Shown piece after piece: positions 9,191 through 18,076 of a stretch of DNA of 64,000 nt. The stretch comes from Candidatus Woesearchaeota archaeon (GTDB lineage Archaea; Nanobdellota; Nanobdellia; Pacearchaeales; GW2011-AR1): contig CAZBDY010000003.1 in the NCBI GenBank assembly GCA_964490795.1, positions 2,752-66,751 on the forward strand. Reading direction: 5' to 3'. The notes under the pieces were generated by a model, which saw only the letters and a list, made by a program, of their open reading frames with translations, had not been told where the DNA came from and did no database searches. Positions within the stretch are counted from its first letter, which is position 1; each line of letters starts with the position of its first letter. A program made the position numbers and the translations under genes.

Positions 9191-9730
9191 ATGGTAGAAC
9201 AAAAACAACAAACAGAAGTAAAAAAACAGGAAAATAAAATGAGACAGATAAGAATAGAAAAAGTAGTTTTAAGTATAGGAGCTACTGCAGAAAATCTAGA
9301 AAAAGGATTCAAATTACTTGAAAGATTATCTGGTAAAAAACCAGTTAAAAAAACAAGTCACAAAAGAATTCCTGGATTAAATGTCCGCCCTGGACTTGAA
9401 GTTGGTTGTATGGTAACCTTAAGAGGAAAACAAACAGAACAATTGTTAAAAAGACTTTTAGAATCAGAAGATAATCAAATTAAACAAAAACAAATATCAG
9501 AAAACACTTTTTCATTTGGAATTCCAGAATACATTGAAATACCAGGAATACAATACCAAAGAGACATAGGGATAATTGGATTAGATGTAACAGTAACCTT
9601 TTCAAGAAAAGGAAAAAGAATAGTTAAAAAAAGAATAAAAAAGAAAAAAAGAATACCAAAAAAACAACATGTCTCTCCTCAAGAAATTGCCTCATATTTG
9701 CAAAATAAATTTCAGACAAATATAATTTAA
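9191..9730 (+). CDS. rpl5: 50S ribosomal protein L5
   Basis: [14 protein letters not shown]...[10 protein letters not shown]; operon position. Confidence 0.9.
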   Translation: MVEQKQQTEVKKQENKMRQIRIEKVVLSIGATAENLEKGFKLLERLSGKKPVKKTSHKRIPGLNVRPGLEVGCMVTLRGKQTEQLLKRLLESEDNQIKQKQISENTFSFGIPEYIEIPGIQYQRDIGIIGLDVTVTFSRKGKRIVKKRIKKKKRIPKKQHVSPQEIASYLQNKFQTNII

Positions 9731-9731
9731 A

Positions 9732-9962
9732 ATGACAGCAAGTGATTGGAAAAAACTATTAAGACAATTAAAAGTTCATAGAGTCAAAGCTCTGAAATTT
9801 TTAAAGCATAACAAACCAAAGCAAAGAAAATTTGGTTCAGGAAATAAAAAATGCGAAAGATGTGGCAGATTTGGAGCACATATTTCATCATACGGATTAA
9901 ATTTATGCAGGCAGTGTTTTAGGGAAATTGCCTCGCAAATAGGATTTACAAAATATAGTTAA
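9732..9962 (+). CDS. rps14: 30S ribosomal protein S14 (zinc type) with an N-terminal extension
   Basis: [25 protein letters not shown] zinc ribbon. Confidence 0.85.
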   Translation: MTASDWKKLLRQLKVHRVKALKFLKHNKPKQRKFGSGNKKCERCGRFGAHISSYGLNLCRQCFREIASQIGFTKYS

Positions 9963-9963
9963 A

Positions 9964-10344
9964 ATGGCGATGGATGTAGTTGCAGATGCTATAAATATGA
10001 TAATGAATGCTGAGACAGCAGGAAAATCTTATTTAGAAATAAAAAGATATTCCTCTCTATTGTTAAATGTTCTAAAAATTGCCAAACAAGAAGGATATAT
10101 TGAAAATTTTGAAATAGATGATAAAGATAAGATATTAAAAGTAATTATTAAAAAAATAACAAAATGCAAATCAGTTAAACCAAGATTTAATGTAAAAACA
10201 GAAGATATAGAAAAATATATGAGAAGATATCTTCCCTCAAGAAATTTCGGAATCTTGATAATATCTACTAATAAAGGGTTAATGACCCATAACCAAGCTT
10301 TAGAAGAAAATGCCGGAGGAAAGTTAATAGCTTACTTTTACTAA
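9964..10344 (+). CDS. rps8: 30S ribosomal protein S8
   Basis: DVVADAINMIMNAE...GGKLIAYFY. Confidence 0.9.
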   Translation: MAMDVVADAINMIMNAETAGKSYLEIKRYSSLLLNVLKIAKQEGYIENFEIDDKDKILKVIIKKITKCKSVKPRFNVKTEDIEKYMRRYLPSRNFGILIISTNKGLMTHNQALEENAGGKLIAYFY

Positions 10345-10346
10345 AA

Positions 10347-10889
10347 ATGGCAAGAAAAAAAATCAATGAAATTATTGAAATACCAAAAGAAATTGATGTT
10401 CAAATATCTGGAGATTCAATCAAATTCACTAAACAAGAAAAAGAAATAAATGTGAGAATTTTTTATGACCTTCAAAAACAAGATAATAAAATTATATTAA
10501 AAAACGACAATCCCACCAAAAGGGATAAAAAGATAATTAAAACAATGGTTGCTTTGATAAGAAATGCTATCTCTGGATTGCAAGAAAACTACACTTATAC
10601 TTTAAAAATATGCTCTATTCATTTTCCTATGAATGTTGCTGTGCAGGAAAATCAAGTAATAATAAAAAATTTCTTAGGAGAAAGTATTCCAAGAAAAGCT
10701 AACATTCTACAAGATGTTGAAGTAAAAATTGATAAAGATATTATAAAAGTTTCAAGCCCTGATAAAAACAAAGCCGGGCAAACAGCTGCCAATGTTGAAG
10801 AAGCAACAAAAATAAATAATAGAGATAGAAGAGTCTTTCAAGATGGAATATTTATAACTCAAAAACAAAAAGGAGTAAAAAGACAATGA
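10347..10889 (+). CDS. rpl6: 50S ribosomal protein L6
   Basis: 180 aa; operon position between S8 and L32e; two-repeat L6-like pattern. Confidence 0.85.
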   Translation: MARKKINEIIEIPKEIDVQISGDSIKFTKQEKEINVRIFYDLQKQDNKIILKNDNPTKRDKKIIKTMVALIRNAISGLQENYTYTLKICSIHFPMNVAVQENQVIIKNFLGESIPRKANILQDVEVKIDKDIIKVSSPDKNKAGQTAANVEEATKINNRDRRVFQDGIFITQKQKGVKRQ

Positions 10890-11251
10890 AAATAAAATTT
10901 TTAAGAAGACAGGTGAAAAAATATTCAAAACTGGGAAAAGGAAGAAAGAAAAAGCAAAAATGGAGAAAACCAAAAGGAAGAGATAACAAAATGAGAGAAA
11001 AGAAAAAATCCCGGCCAAAAACTGTCTCTATTGGATATAGAACAAAAAAACAAGATAGAGGAAAAATAAAAGGGAAAACTCCTCTAAAAATAAGTAATTT
11101 AAAACAAGCTGAAAATATAACAAAAGGGCAATTAATAATTATCTCAAAAATAGGAAAAAAGAAAAGAAATCAGGTTGAAACTGAAATTTTGAAAAAACAA
11201 GGGATTATCTTAAATAAAATAAAGGAAAAGAAAAATGAACCTAAGAACTAA
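10886..11251 (+). CDS. rpl32e: 50S ribosomal protein L32e
   Basis: WRKPKGRDNKMR...VSIGYRTKK. Confidence 0.85.
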   Translation: MKIKFLRRQVKKYSKLGKGRKKKQKWRKPKGRDNKMREKKKSRPKTVSIGYRTKKQDRGKIKGKTPLKISNLKQAENITKGQLIIISKIGKKKRNQVETEILKKQGIILNKIKEKKNEPKN

Positions 11252-11630
11252 AAAACAAATGATAGCAAGAACTTTTAATATAGGGCTAGCAAGAATTGTC
11301 TTAGATTCAAACAGAAATCAGGAAATTAAAGAAGCAATAACAAGACAAGATATCAAAGATTTAAAAAAACAAGGGATTATTAAAATAAAGCCTATAAAAG
11401 GAAGAAAGAAAAATGTCAAAAGAAAAACAAAAAAAAGGGCAGGAAAAATAAAGAAAAGAATAAAAAACAGGAAACAAGAATATGTAAAATTAGTAAGAAA
11501 ATTAAGACAATATATAAAAATACTAAAACAAAAATCTCTTATTTCAAATGAAAAATATCTTAACTTAAGAAAACAAATAAGGGCAAAAAAATTCAGAGAT
11601 ATAAACCAGATAAAAGCAGAAATAAAATAA
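11235..11630 (+). CDS. rpl19e: 50S ribosomal protein L19e
   Basis: KKQMIARTFNIGLARIVLD...ITRQDIKDLKKQGII. Confidence 0.85.
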   Translation: MNLRTKKQMIARTFNIGLARIVLDSNRNQEIKEAITRQDIKDLKKQGIIKIKPIKGRKKNVKRKTKKRAGKIKKRIKNRKQEYVKLVRKLRQYIKILKQKSLISNEKYLNLRKQIRAKKFRDINQIKAEIK

Positions 11631-11631
11631 A

Positions 11632-12120
11632 ATGGAAGAACAAAGAAGAATTCAAGGAAAAACAGACTATAAAGCAAGAATAAACTTACTTAAAAGTGGA
11701 AAAAAGAGAGTTGTATTTAGAAAAACTAATAAGTATATTATCTCGCAACTAGTAAAAAGTGATGAAGCAAAAGATAAAGTCATATTAGGAATAACTTCAA
11801 AAAAATTATTAGAATATGGCTGGCCAAAAGAATCTTCTGGAAGTTTAAAATCTCTTCCTTCCTGTTATTTGACTGGATTTTTATTTGGTAAAAAAATGCT
11901 TGATAAAGGTAAAAAACAAGGAATTCTTGATTTAGGGCTAATTGTAAGTATTCCAAAATCAAAACCTTATGCTTTTGTCAAGGGTTTGATAGATTCTGGA
12001 ATCAGCATCCCACATAATGAAAAGGTATTGCCAAATCAGGAACAAATTAAAAAGAAAACCATCAAAAATAAAATTGATATTAACAAAATTAAAGAAAATA
12101 TAGAGAAAAAATTTGTATAA
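11632..12120 (+). CDS. rpl18: 50S ribosomal protein L18
   Basis: RVVFRKTNKYIISQLV; operon position. Confidence 0.85.
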   Translation: MEEQRRIQGKTDYKARINLLKSGKKRVVFRKTNKYIISQLVKSDEAKDKVILGITSKKLLEYGWPKESSGSLKSLPSCYLTGFLFGKKMLDKGKKQGILDLGLIVSIPKSKPYAFVKGLIDSGISIPHNEKVLPNQEQIKKKTIKNKIDINKIKENIEKKFV

Positions 12121-12875
12121 TGGAAGAACAAAAAACAGAAAAAATAAATTCAGAAAACAGGGAAGGAAAGTCTGAAACAGAACAAGAAACAGAAACTAGG
12201 GAGCAAAAGATAACAAGAAGAAGAAAGGAAAAAGAGCAGGAAAGAATTGAATCATGGAAACCAAAAACAAAATTAGGAAGATTAGTAAAAGAAAACAAAA
12301 TTAAAGACATAGATGTTGTCTTGGAAAAATATAAAATTTTGGAATCAGAAATAATTGATAATCTAATAAAAGTAGAATCTGAACTTCTCAACATAGGGCA
12401 ATCAAAAGGGAAATATGGGGGAGGAAAAAGAAGAATATGGAGACAAACACAGAAAAAAACAGCAGAAGGAAATGTAGCAACCTTTTCCTCACTAGCAGCA
12501 GTAGGAGATAAAAAAGGACATGTAGGAATTGGTTACGGAAGAGCAAAAGAAACCTTTCCTTCGAGAGATAAAGCATTAAGAAAGGCCAGGCTAAATATGC
12601 TAAAGATAAACAGAGGATGTGGAAGCTTTGACTGCTCATGTAATAATCCTCACTCAATACCTTTTCAAGTTGAAGGAAAATGCGGTTCATCAAGAATTAT
12701 CTTAATCCCCGCTCCAGAAGGAACCGGGTTAGTTATAGGAGATGAATGTAAAAAAATACTTTCACTTGCTGGAATAACAGATATTTATAGCAGAACTTTT
12801 GGGCAAACCAGAACAACTTTAAACCTTGCACAGGCATGTATTAATGCTCTAAAAAAAACAAATAAAGAAGAATGA
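12120..12875 (+). CDS. rps5: 30S ribosomal protein S5 with an acidic/basic N-terminal extension
   Basis: GDKKGHVGIGYGRAKE...GTGLVIGDECKKILSLAGI. Confidence 0.9.
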   Translation: MEEQKTEKINSENREGKSETEQETETREQKITRRRKEKEQERIESWKPKTKLGRLVKENKIKDIDVVLEKYKILESEIIDNLIKVESELLNIGQSKGKYGGGKRRIWRQTQKKTAEGNVATFSSLAAVGDKKGHVGIGYGRAKETFPSRDKALRKARLNMLKINRGCGSFDCSCNNPHSIPFQVEGKCGSSRIILIPAPEGTGLVIGDECKKILSLAGITDIYSRTFGQTRTTLNLAQACINALKKTNKEE

Positions 12876-13297
12876 TAGCAATAATAAGAATTAAAGGACA
12901 GGTAGAAATTCCAGGAGATATTAAGGAAACTTTAAACAGGTTTAATTTAAAAAGAAAATATTCTTGTACAATCATAAAAGAAACACCAGAAACAAGAGGG
13001 ATGTTAAAAAAAATAAGAAGTTTTGTTGCTTTTGGAAATATTGATGAAAAAACATTTAAGCAATTAATAGAAAAAAGAGGGCAACACATAGAAAAAGGGA
13101 AAAAATTAAATCCAGAAAAAATAATATCTGAATTTGTAAATTCAAAAACAAACAAAAAACTTTCTGATTTTGAAATCAAGCCTGTTTTCAGATTACATCC
13201 TCCAAGAGGAGGAATAAAATCAAAATTTCACTATCCAAAAGGAGTTTTAGGAAATAATAAACAAGATATAAACAAACTTATTACGAGGATGTTGTAA
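12872..13297 (+). CDS. rpl30: 50S ribosomal protein L30
   Basis: IAIIRIKGQVEIPGDIKETLNRFNLKRK. Confidence 0.85.
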   Translation: MIAIIRIKGQVEIPGDIKETLNRFNLKRKYSCTIIKETPETRGMLKKIRSFVAFGNIDEKTFKQLIEKRGQHIEKGKKLNPEKIISEFVNSKTNKKLSDFEIKPVFRLHPPRGGIKSKFHYPKGVLGNNKQDINKLITRML

Positions 13298-13746
13298 TGA
13301 AAATAAAAAAGAGAAAAAAATCTTCACGAGGAAAAGGGAACAATACTGTATTTGGTGGGGCAAGAAAAAAGAGAAAAAAATCAGGACATAGAGGAGGAAA
13401 AGGAAAAGCTGGAACAGGAAAACGAGCAGACCAGAAAAAAACATATATTTTAAAATATGACTATCCTTATTTTGGACATGCAGGAAAAAATAGAAAAAGA
13501 AATAAGGACAAAACTAAAAAAATTAATTTAAGAGATTTAGAAAAAAATTTCAATCAAAAAGAAATTAATTTAGAAAAATATAAAATTTTGGGAACCGGCC
13601 AGATTAACAAAAAACTAATAATCACTGCCAGAGAATTTTCAAAATCAGCTAAAGAAAAAATAGAAAAAGCTGGTGGAAAAGCCATTACCTTAAAAAAGCA
13701 AGAGAAAAAACAAGAAAAAAAAGAAGTTGAAAAAGAGGAAAAATAA
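13297..13746 (+). CDS. rpl15: 50S ribosomal protein L15
   Basis: GHRGGKGKAGTGKR; operon position before secY. Confidence 0.85.
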   Translation: MKIKKRKKSSRGKGNNTVFGGARKKRKKSGHRGGKGKAGTGKRADQKKTYILKYDYPYFGHAGKNRKRNKDKTKKINLRDLEKNFNQKEINLEKYKILGTGQINKKLIITAREFSKSAKEKIEKAGGKAITLKKQEKKQEKKEVEKEEK

Positions 13747-13752
13747 ATAAAA

Positions 13753-15138
13753 ATGTCTCTTAAAAGTTTGTTGCATAATCTTCCTGAAATAAAAGGACCT
13801 ACAGAAAAAAAAGTTAGTTTTAATGTAAAGCTTAAATGGACTCTGATAATTCTTGGGTTATTTTTTGTTTTAGCTAACATCCCTTTATTTGGTTTAGCAT
13901 CAGCTGCCTTAGAAAGATTCCAGTATTTGGCAACAATTTTAGGAACTAATTTTGGTTCTATCATATCCTTGGGAATAGGTCCAATTGTTATGGCTTCTAT
14001 TATCTTACAACTATTAGTAGGAAGTAAAATACTAAATATTGATACAAGCACAGAAGAAGGTAAAAAATATTTCCAAGGATTACAAAAACTAATGGTGTTT
14101 TTCTTTGTTATATTTGAAGCAATTGTTTATGTCTTAATGCGAGGATTAGAAGCTATGCCTGGATTTACATTTATAGTGATTCTTCAGTTAATTTTAGGAG
14201 GCCTTGCAATAGTTTTTATGAATGAAGTAATTGAAAAATGGGGTTTTGGTTCTGGAATCTCTCTATTTATCGTGGCTGGAGTGGGATGGAGACTATTTAC
14301 TGGATTGTTCCAATTCATTAACCAGCAAGGGCAAAATTGCTTATTGTCATTCTCATCAACCCCATGTTCAGGAAAATTACTTGTCTTAATTCAATCAGTA
14401 ATCAATCAGGCTCCAAGAGAGGCCTTATCTGCCCTTGCAATTATTTTAGTCACAGCTATAATTTTCTTGATAGTAGTATGGGCACAATCACTAAAAATAG
14501 AGGTTCCTCTCTCATTTAACAGACTAAGAGGATATGGAATTAAATGGCCTTTACAATTTTTTTATGCTTCAGTAATCCCAGTTATACTTACTGCTGCCCT
14601 GGTTGCTAATCTCCAGCTATTTGGAGGACTTGTACAAAACTGGCTTGGACATCCTACATTTTTAGGAACATTTAGTCAAGGACAGCCAGTTGCAGGATTA
14701 GCATTTTGGTTATCTCCTGTTAATATTCTTAACTCTCTAATAACCGGAAGTTTTAGAACAATTTATATTTTAAAAGCAATAACTCATATTTTATTTTACA
14801 TGATTTTTGCAACTATTTTTGCTGTATTCTGGGTTCAAACTTCTGGAATGGATGCTTCTTCTCAAGCCAAGAATATAATGGGAAGTGGATTGCAAATTCC
14901 AGGGTTTAGAAAAGATGAGAGAGTCCTTGAAAGTGTATTATCAAGATACATTCTTCCATTAACAATAATGGGGGGAATGGCAATAGGTTTGTTAGCAGCA
15001 ACAGCTAATCTGTTAGGAGCTATAACTTCTGGAACAGCAATCTTATTAGCAGTAATGATTATATTTAAGTTATATCAAGAAATAGCTCAACAACATTCAG
15101 TTGATATGCATCCTGCTATGAAAAAGTTTATAGGTTAA
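13753..15138 (+). CDS. secY: Preprotein translocase subunit SecY
   Basis: 461-aa, 10-TM-type ORF at the canonical end of the r-protein operon. Confidence 0.95.
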   Translation: MSLKSLLHNLPEIKGPTEKKVSFNVKLKWTLIILGLFFVLANIPLFGLASAALERFQYLATILGTNFGSIISLGIGPIVMASIILQLLVGSKILNIDTSTEEGKKYFQGLQKLMVFFFVIFEAIVYVLMRGLEAMPGFTFIVILQLILGGLAIVFMNEVIEKWGFGSGISLFIVAGVGWRLFTGLFQFINQQGQNCLLSFSSTPCSGKLLVLIQSVINQAPREALSALAIILVTAIIFLIVVWAQSLKIEVPLSFNRLRGYGIKWPLQFFYASVIPVILTAALVANLQLFGGLVQNWLGHPTFLGTFSQGQPVAGLAFWLSPVNILNSLITGSFRTIYILKAITHILFYMIFATIFAVFWVQTSGMDASSQAKNIMGSGLQIPGFRKDERVLESVLSRYILPLTIMGGMAIGLLAATANLLGAITSGTAILLAVMIIFKLYQEIAQQHSVDMHPAMKKFIG

Positions 15139-15148
15139 AATTATTGGC

Positions 15149-15154
15149 TTTTTT
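15149..15154 (+). terminator. Oligo-T tract after secY (possible archaeal terminator)
   Basis: TTTTTT 11 nt after the secY stop, followed by a new TATA box. Confidence 0.3.
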
Positions 15155-15230
15155 ATGATAATTAATTTTCTATGCCTCTTAAAATGAAAACTCTAAATCT
15201 ATCATCACTTCTCTAACTTTTGAAAAAACT

Positions 15231-15245
15231 AAACATTTAAAAATA
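15231..15245 (+). promoter_or_regulatory. BRE/TATA AAACATTTAAAAATA
   Basis: The TTTA core starts at 15236, 29 nt before ATG 15265. Confidence 0.5.
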
Positions 15246-15264
15246 AAACTTGTTTTTTTAAAAT

Positions 15265-15669
15265 ATGGTGGTAGAATTTTTACAAACCAATCCCATATTA
15301 GGAATAGCAATCATAACTATAGGCGTATCTTTATTTTTATCTCTAGTTCAAAAATATTTTGGCAATCAAGAAAGAATGAAAGAAATTAAAGACAGACAAA
15401 AAGATATTCAAAAGCAAATAAAAGAACACCAAAAAAACGGGGAGCATGATAAAATGATGGCTCTTCAAAAAGAAATGTTTTCTCATGTTGGTGAATCTTT
15501 CAAGCACTCTTTTAAACCAATGTTAATAACATTTATCCCCATGTTAATCCTAATTTACTGGTTAAGAGATATATTTAATCCTTCCCTGAGTGGATGGTGG
15601 CTTGCATATTATATCGGATTTTCTTTAGTATTTAGCATGATTTTTAGAAAAATATTAAAACTCGCATAA
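15265..15669 (+). CDS. DUF106 / EMC3-TMCO1-like membrane protein (archaeal Oxa1-superfamily insertase candidate)
   Basis: TM - charged coiled-coil (QERMKEIKDRQKDIQKQIKEHQKNG) - TM-TM layout; position after secY is typical in archaea. Confidence 0.75.
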   Translation: MVVEFLQTNPILGIAIITIGVSLFLSLVQKYFGNQERMKEIKDRQKDIQKQIKEHQKNGEHDKMMALQKEMFSHVGESFKHSFKPMLITFIPMLILIYWLRDIFNPSLSGWWLAYYIGFSLVFSMIFRKILKLA

Positions 15670-15674
15670 ATAAA

Positions 15675-16067
15675 ATGGCACAAAATCAGGAATATCTATA
15701 CAAACTTAGTATGTTGGAACAGCAGGCTTCTCAACTCCAAGAACAAATCCAACAAATTAACCAACAAGTTAGTGAATTTGAAATTTTAAAATCAAGCTTA
15801 TTCACAATTTCTAAAGAAAAAAATAACAAGGAAATTCTCTCACCTTTGGGAAGAGGCATTTTTTTTACATCCCAACTTAAAGATAAAAAATTATTAGTAA
15901 GTGTTGGAGCCAATATAGTTTTAAAAAAATCTCCTCAAGAAGCTGGAAAAATAATTAATAAACAAATCTCCAGTTTAAATGAAATAAAACAAAATCTAAT
16001 CTCTGATTTAGAAAAACTCAACCATCAATTAAGAGAAATTATTTTGCAAGCTCAACAAGAAAAATAA
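15675..16067 (+). CDS. pfdA: Prefoldin alpha subunit
   Basis: Coiled coil, then a beta-hairpin region (ILSPLGRGIFFTSQLKDKKLLVSVGANIVLKKS), then coiled coil. Confidence 0.7.
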   Translation: MAQNQEYLYKLSMLEQQASQLQEQIQQINQQVSEFEILKSSLFTISKEKNNKEILSPLGRGIFFTSQLKDKKLLVSVGANIVLKKSPQEAGKIINKQISSLNEIKQNLISDLEKLNHQLREIILQAQQEK

Positions 16068-16898
16068 CTATTTATTTTTTTTAACTTTTTTAATAAATTC
16101 ATCTAATTTTAATTTTCCAAGTTCAGAAATAACATAAGAGATATATTTTTTATCGATTTTTTCAAATGCAGGATTTCTAATTTTAATTTTTCCCCTGTTC
16201 TTCCAAATCTCTTGAAAATTTCTCTCTTCTAACTTAACTTTATCAGTATATTTCCATGAATCAGCAACAATATAAACAGGAATTTTATTATCTCTGGCAA
16301 TATTAGAAATAACCTCACTTCCTACCTTATTAATAACTCCTGAAGCCAAAATAGCATCAGCTCCTAAAAAAACTACATCTGCTTTTTTTGTTCCTTGCTC
16401 TTTTGACAAAGCTATACCTAATGCAGAATCAACAAACTGGGTAACTTTTATTTTCTTTTTCCTTAATTCTTTAGAAGTTTTTCTTCCCTGAAATAAAGGC
16501 CTTGTCTCAGTGTTATATACCTCGAATTTTTTTCCTTTTTCTTTACAATAAATTAAGGCATTAATCACATTACTTGAATGACAGTGTGTAAAAACAACAT
16601 CTGCTTTTTTTATTATCTTAAAAACTTCTTTATTTATTTTTTCCTGGCTCTTATCAAAATGCTCTAAAATCTTTTTCTTTCCTAATTTATCAGCTTTTTC
16701 TAAAGTATTTACTAACATTGGTTCAGTAGGACGGGCTTTTATTAGCTTTTTCTTAGTTCTCTCATTAGGAGATAAAAAATAGGCTTTTAGTGCTGCTTTG
16801 GCAATATTCCTTGCTCCCTGAATCTTGATTTTCTTTATTTTAGAAACTATCTTATTTATTTTTTTTTCATCCCTTTTTTTCTTTAATTTTGAAAACAT
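16068..16898 (-). CDS. Ribose-1,5-bisphosphate isomerase (eIF-2B alpha/beta/delta family)
   Basis: IQGARNIAKAALKAY...THCHSSNV...TETRPLFQGRKT...VFLGADAILASGVINKVGS...PVYIVADSWKY. Confidence 0.75.
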   Translation of the reverse strand: MFSKLKKKRDEKKINKIVSKIKKIKIQGARNIAKAALKAYFLSPNERTKKKLIKARPTEPMLVNTLEKADKLGKKKILEHFDKSQEKINKEVFKIIKKADVVFTHCHSSNVINALIYCKEKGKKFEVYNTETRPLFQGRKTSKELRKKKIKVTQFVDSALGIALSKEQGTKKADVVFLGADAILASGVINKVGSEVISNIARDNKIPVYIVADSWKYTDKVKLEERNFQEIWKNRGKIKIRNPAFEKIDKKYISYVISELGKLKLDEFIKKVKKNK

Positions 16899-16918
16899 AT
16901 CTAATTAAAAATAAAAGA

Positions 16919-16927
16919 ATATAAAAA
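16919..16927 (-). promoter_or_regulatory. TATA box (TTTTTATAT on the minus strand)
   Basis: Starts 29 nt upstream of ATG 16898. Confidence 0.45.
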
Positions 16928-16987
16928 TTTAACTAAAAACAAAACTTTAAAACCTTTAGAATTTTAATTATAAAAAAGGAAATAAAA

Positions 16988-17842
16988 ATGTTAGAAATGT
17001 TGCTATCTCCAAGAAAAGCTGAAAGACATCCATGGGAAATGCTCTTTGTAGGATTGTTTTATGCCTCTTTATCAATCTTGCTGGTTATCTGGATTTTTTC
17101 AGGAGATGCTGTTCTTTCCAAATATCAGGGGATTTTAGTAGTTACTTTTTCTGTTATGTTCTCTCTTCCATTTATGTATTATCTAATAAAAGATGAAGAA
17201 GAAAAAGATATGGAATATGAAGGAATATTCAGAATTTTAAAAGAACATTCTAAGGCTCTTTTATCACTATTATTTTTATTTATGGGGTTTATTATTGCTT
17301 TTTCTTTTTGGCATATTTTTCTTGGTTCAGGAGAGCTTTTACAAGCCCAGATAGAAACCTATTGCCTTATAAATAAACCTACTGACTTTGAGGGGTGTAC
17401 TGAAAAATATACCTCTTTTTCAGGAAAAACAACTGGATTTACAACCAAGTTTGGAAGAGTTTTTGATATCTTTGCTAACAATATTTATGTTCTTATCTTT
17501 ACTTTAATTTTTTCTCTTATCTTTGGAGCAGGAGCTATTTTTGTACTGGCTTGGAATGCTTCAGTAATAGCAGCAGCTATAGGAATATTTACAAAATATA
17601 ATATAAGTCAAATGCCTTTGGGAATTGCAAGATATATGACTCATGGTTTGCCAGAAATAGCTGCTTATTTTGTTGCAGCAATGGCAGGAGGAATTATCTC
17701 GGTTGCAATAATAAAACATGATACCTCTACAAATAAATTCTGGGAAATTTTGCAAGATTCTCTAAACTTAATAATAATAGCAATTATAATTTTAGTTATA
17801 GCTGCCCTTATAGAAGTTTATCTCACTCCTTTATTATTCTAA
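16988..17842 (+). CDS. SpoIIM-like (DUF95) integral membrane protein
   Basis: THGLPEIAAYFVAAMAGG motif and multi-TM architecture. Confidence 0.65.
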   Translation: MLEMLLSPRKAERHPWEMLFVGLFYASLSILLVIWIFSGDAVLSKYQGILVVTFSVMFSLPFMYYLIKDEEEKDMEYEGIFRILKEHSKALLSLLFLFMGFIIAFSFWHIFLGSGELLQAQIETYCLINKPTDFEGCTEKYTSFSGKTTGFTTKFGRVFDIFANNIYVLIFTLIFSLIFGAGAIFVLAWNASVIAAAIGIFTKYNISQMPLGIARYMTHGLPEIAAYFVAAMAGGIISVAIIKHDTSTNKFWEILQDSLNLIIIAIIILVIAALIEVYLTPLLF

Positions 17843-17897
17843 TCTTTTTAAACTGTAATTTAAAAAAAAACAATTATTAAGTTAAAAATTAAAAACC

Positions 17898-17906
17898 TTT
17901 AAATAA
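17898..17906 (+). promoter_or_regulatory. TATA box TTTAAATAA
   Basis: 30 nt before ATG 17928. Confidence 0.5.
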
Positions 17907-17927
17907 TCCTCTCTCTCATTTTTTAAC

Positions 17928-18065
17928 ATGGCAAATTTCAGATGTATGACCTGTGGTTATCAGTTTAAATCAGCAGAAAAAAAGAAGTGTCCTTATTGTG
18001 GAAAAGAAGATGTAGAAAAAGAAAAAAACGCTGATGAACTGATAGATAATGTCCGGGTAGAATAA
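17928..18065 (+). CDS. 45-aa zinc-ribbon protein (not in the ORF track)
   Basis: Own translation MANFRCMTCGYQFKSAEKKKCPYCGKEDVEKEKNADELIDNVRVE, with two CxxC pairs. It has its own TATA box, and its stop is 11 nt before the aglB ATG. Confidence 0.55.
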   Translation: MANFRCMTCGYQFKSAEKKKCPYCGKEDVEKEKNADELIDNVRVE

Positions 18066-18076
18066 TTAATTTTCAA

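Noticed and set aside
2880-14051. Many Phe/Leu/Ser-rich ORFs antisense to ribosomal protein genes and secY, for example 2880..3065, 4661..5020, 5576..5956, 8727..9173, 11318..11677, 12089..12693 and 13554..14051.
   Set aside because: They mirror AAA/GAA-rich coding sequence, so they read as TTT/TTC-rich on the other strand. They overlap highly conserved genes completely and have no promoter at the fixed -29 spacing.
15139-15264. Possible C/D-box sRNA in the secY-downstream spacer (GTGATGA on the minus strand at 15208..15202).
   Set aside because: No CTGA D box or second C'/D' pair occurs in the spacer on that strand, so a single C-box-like heptamer in AT-rich DNA is not evidence.
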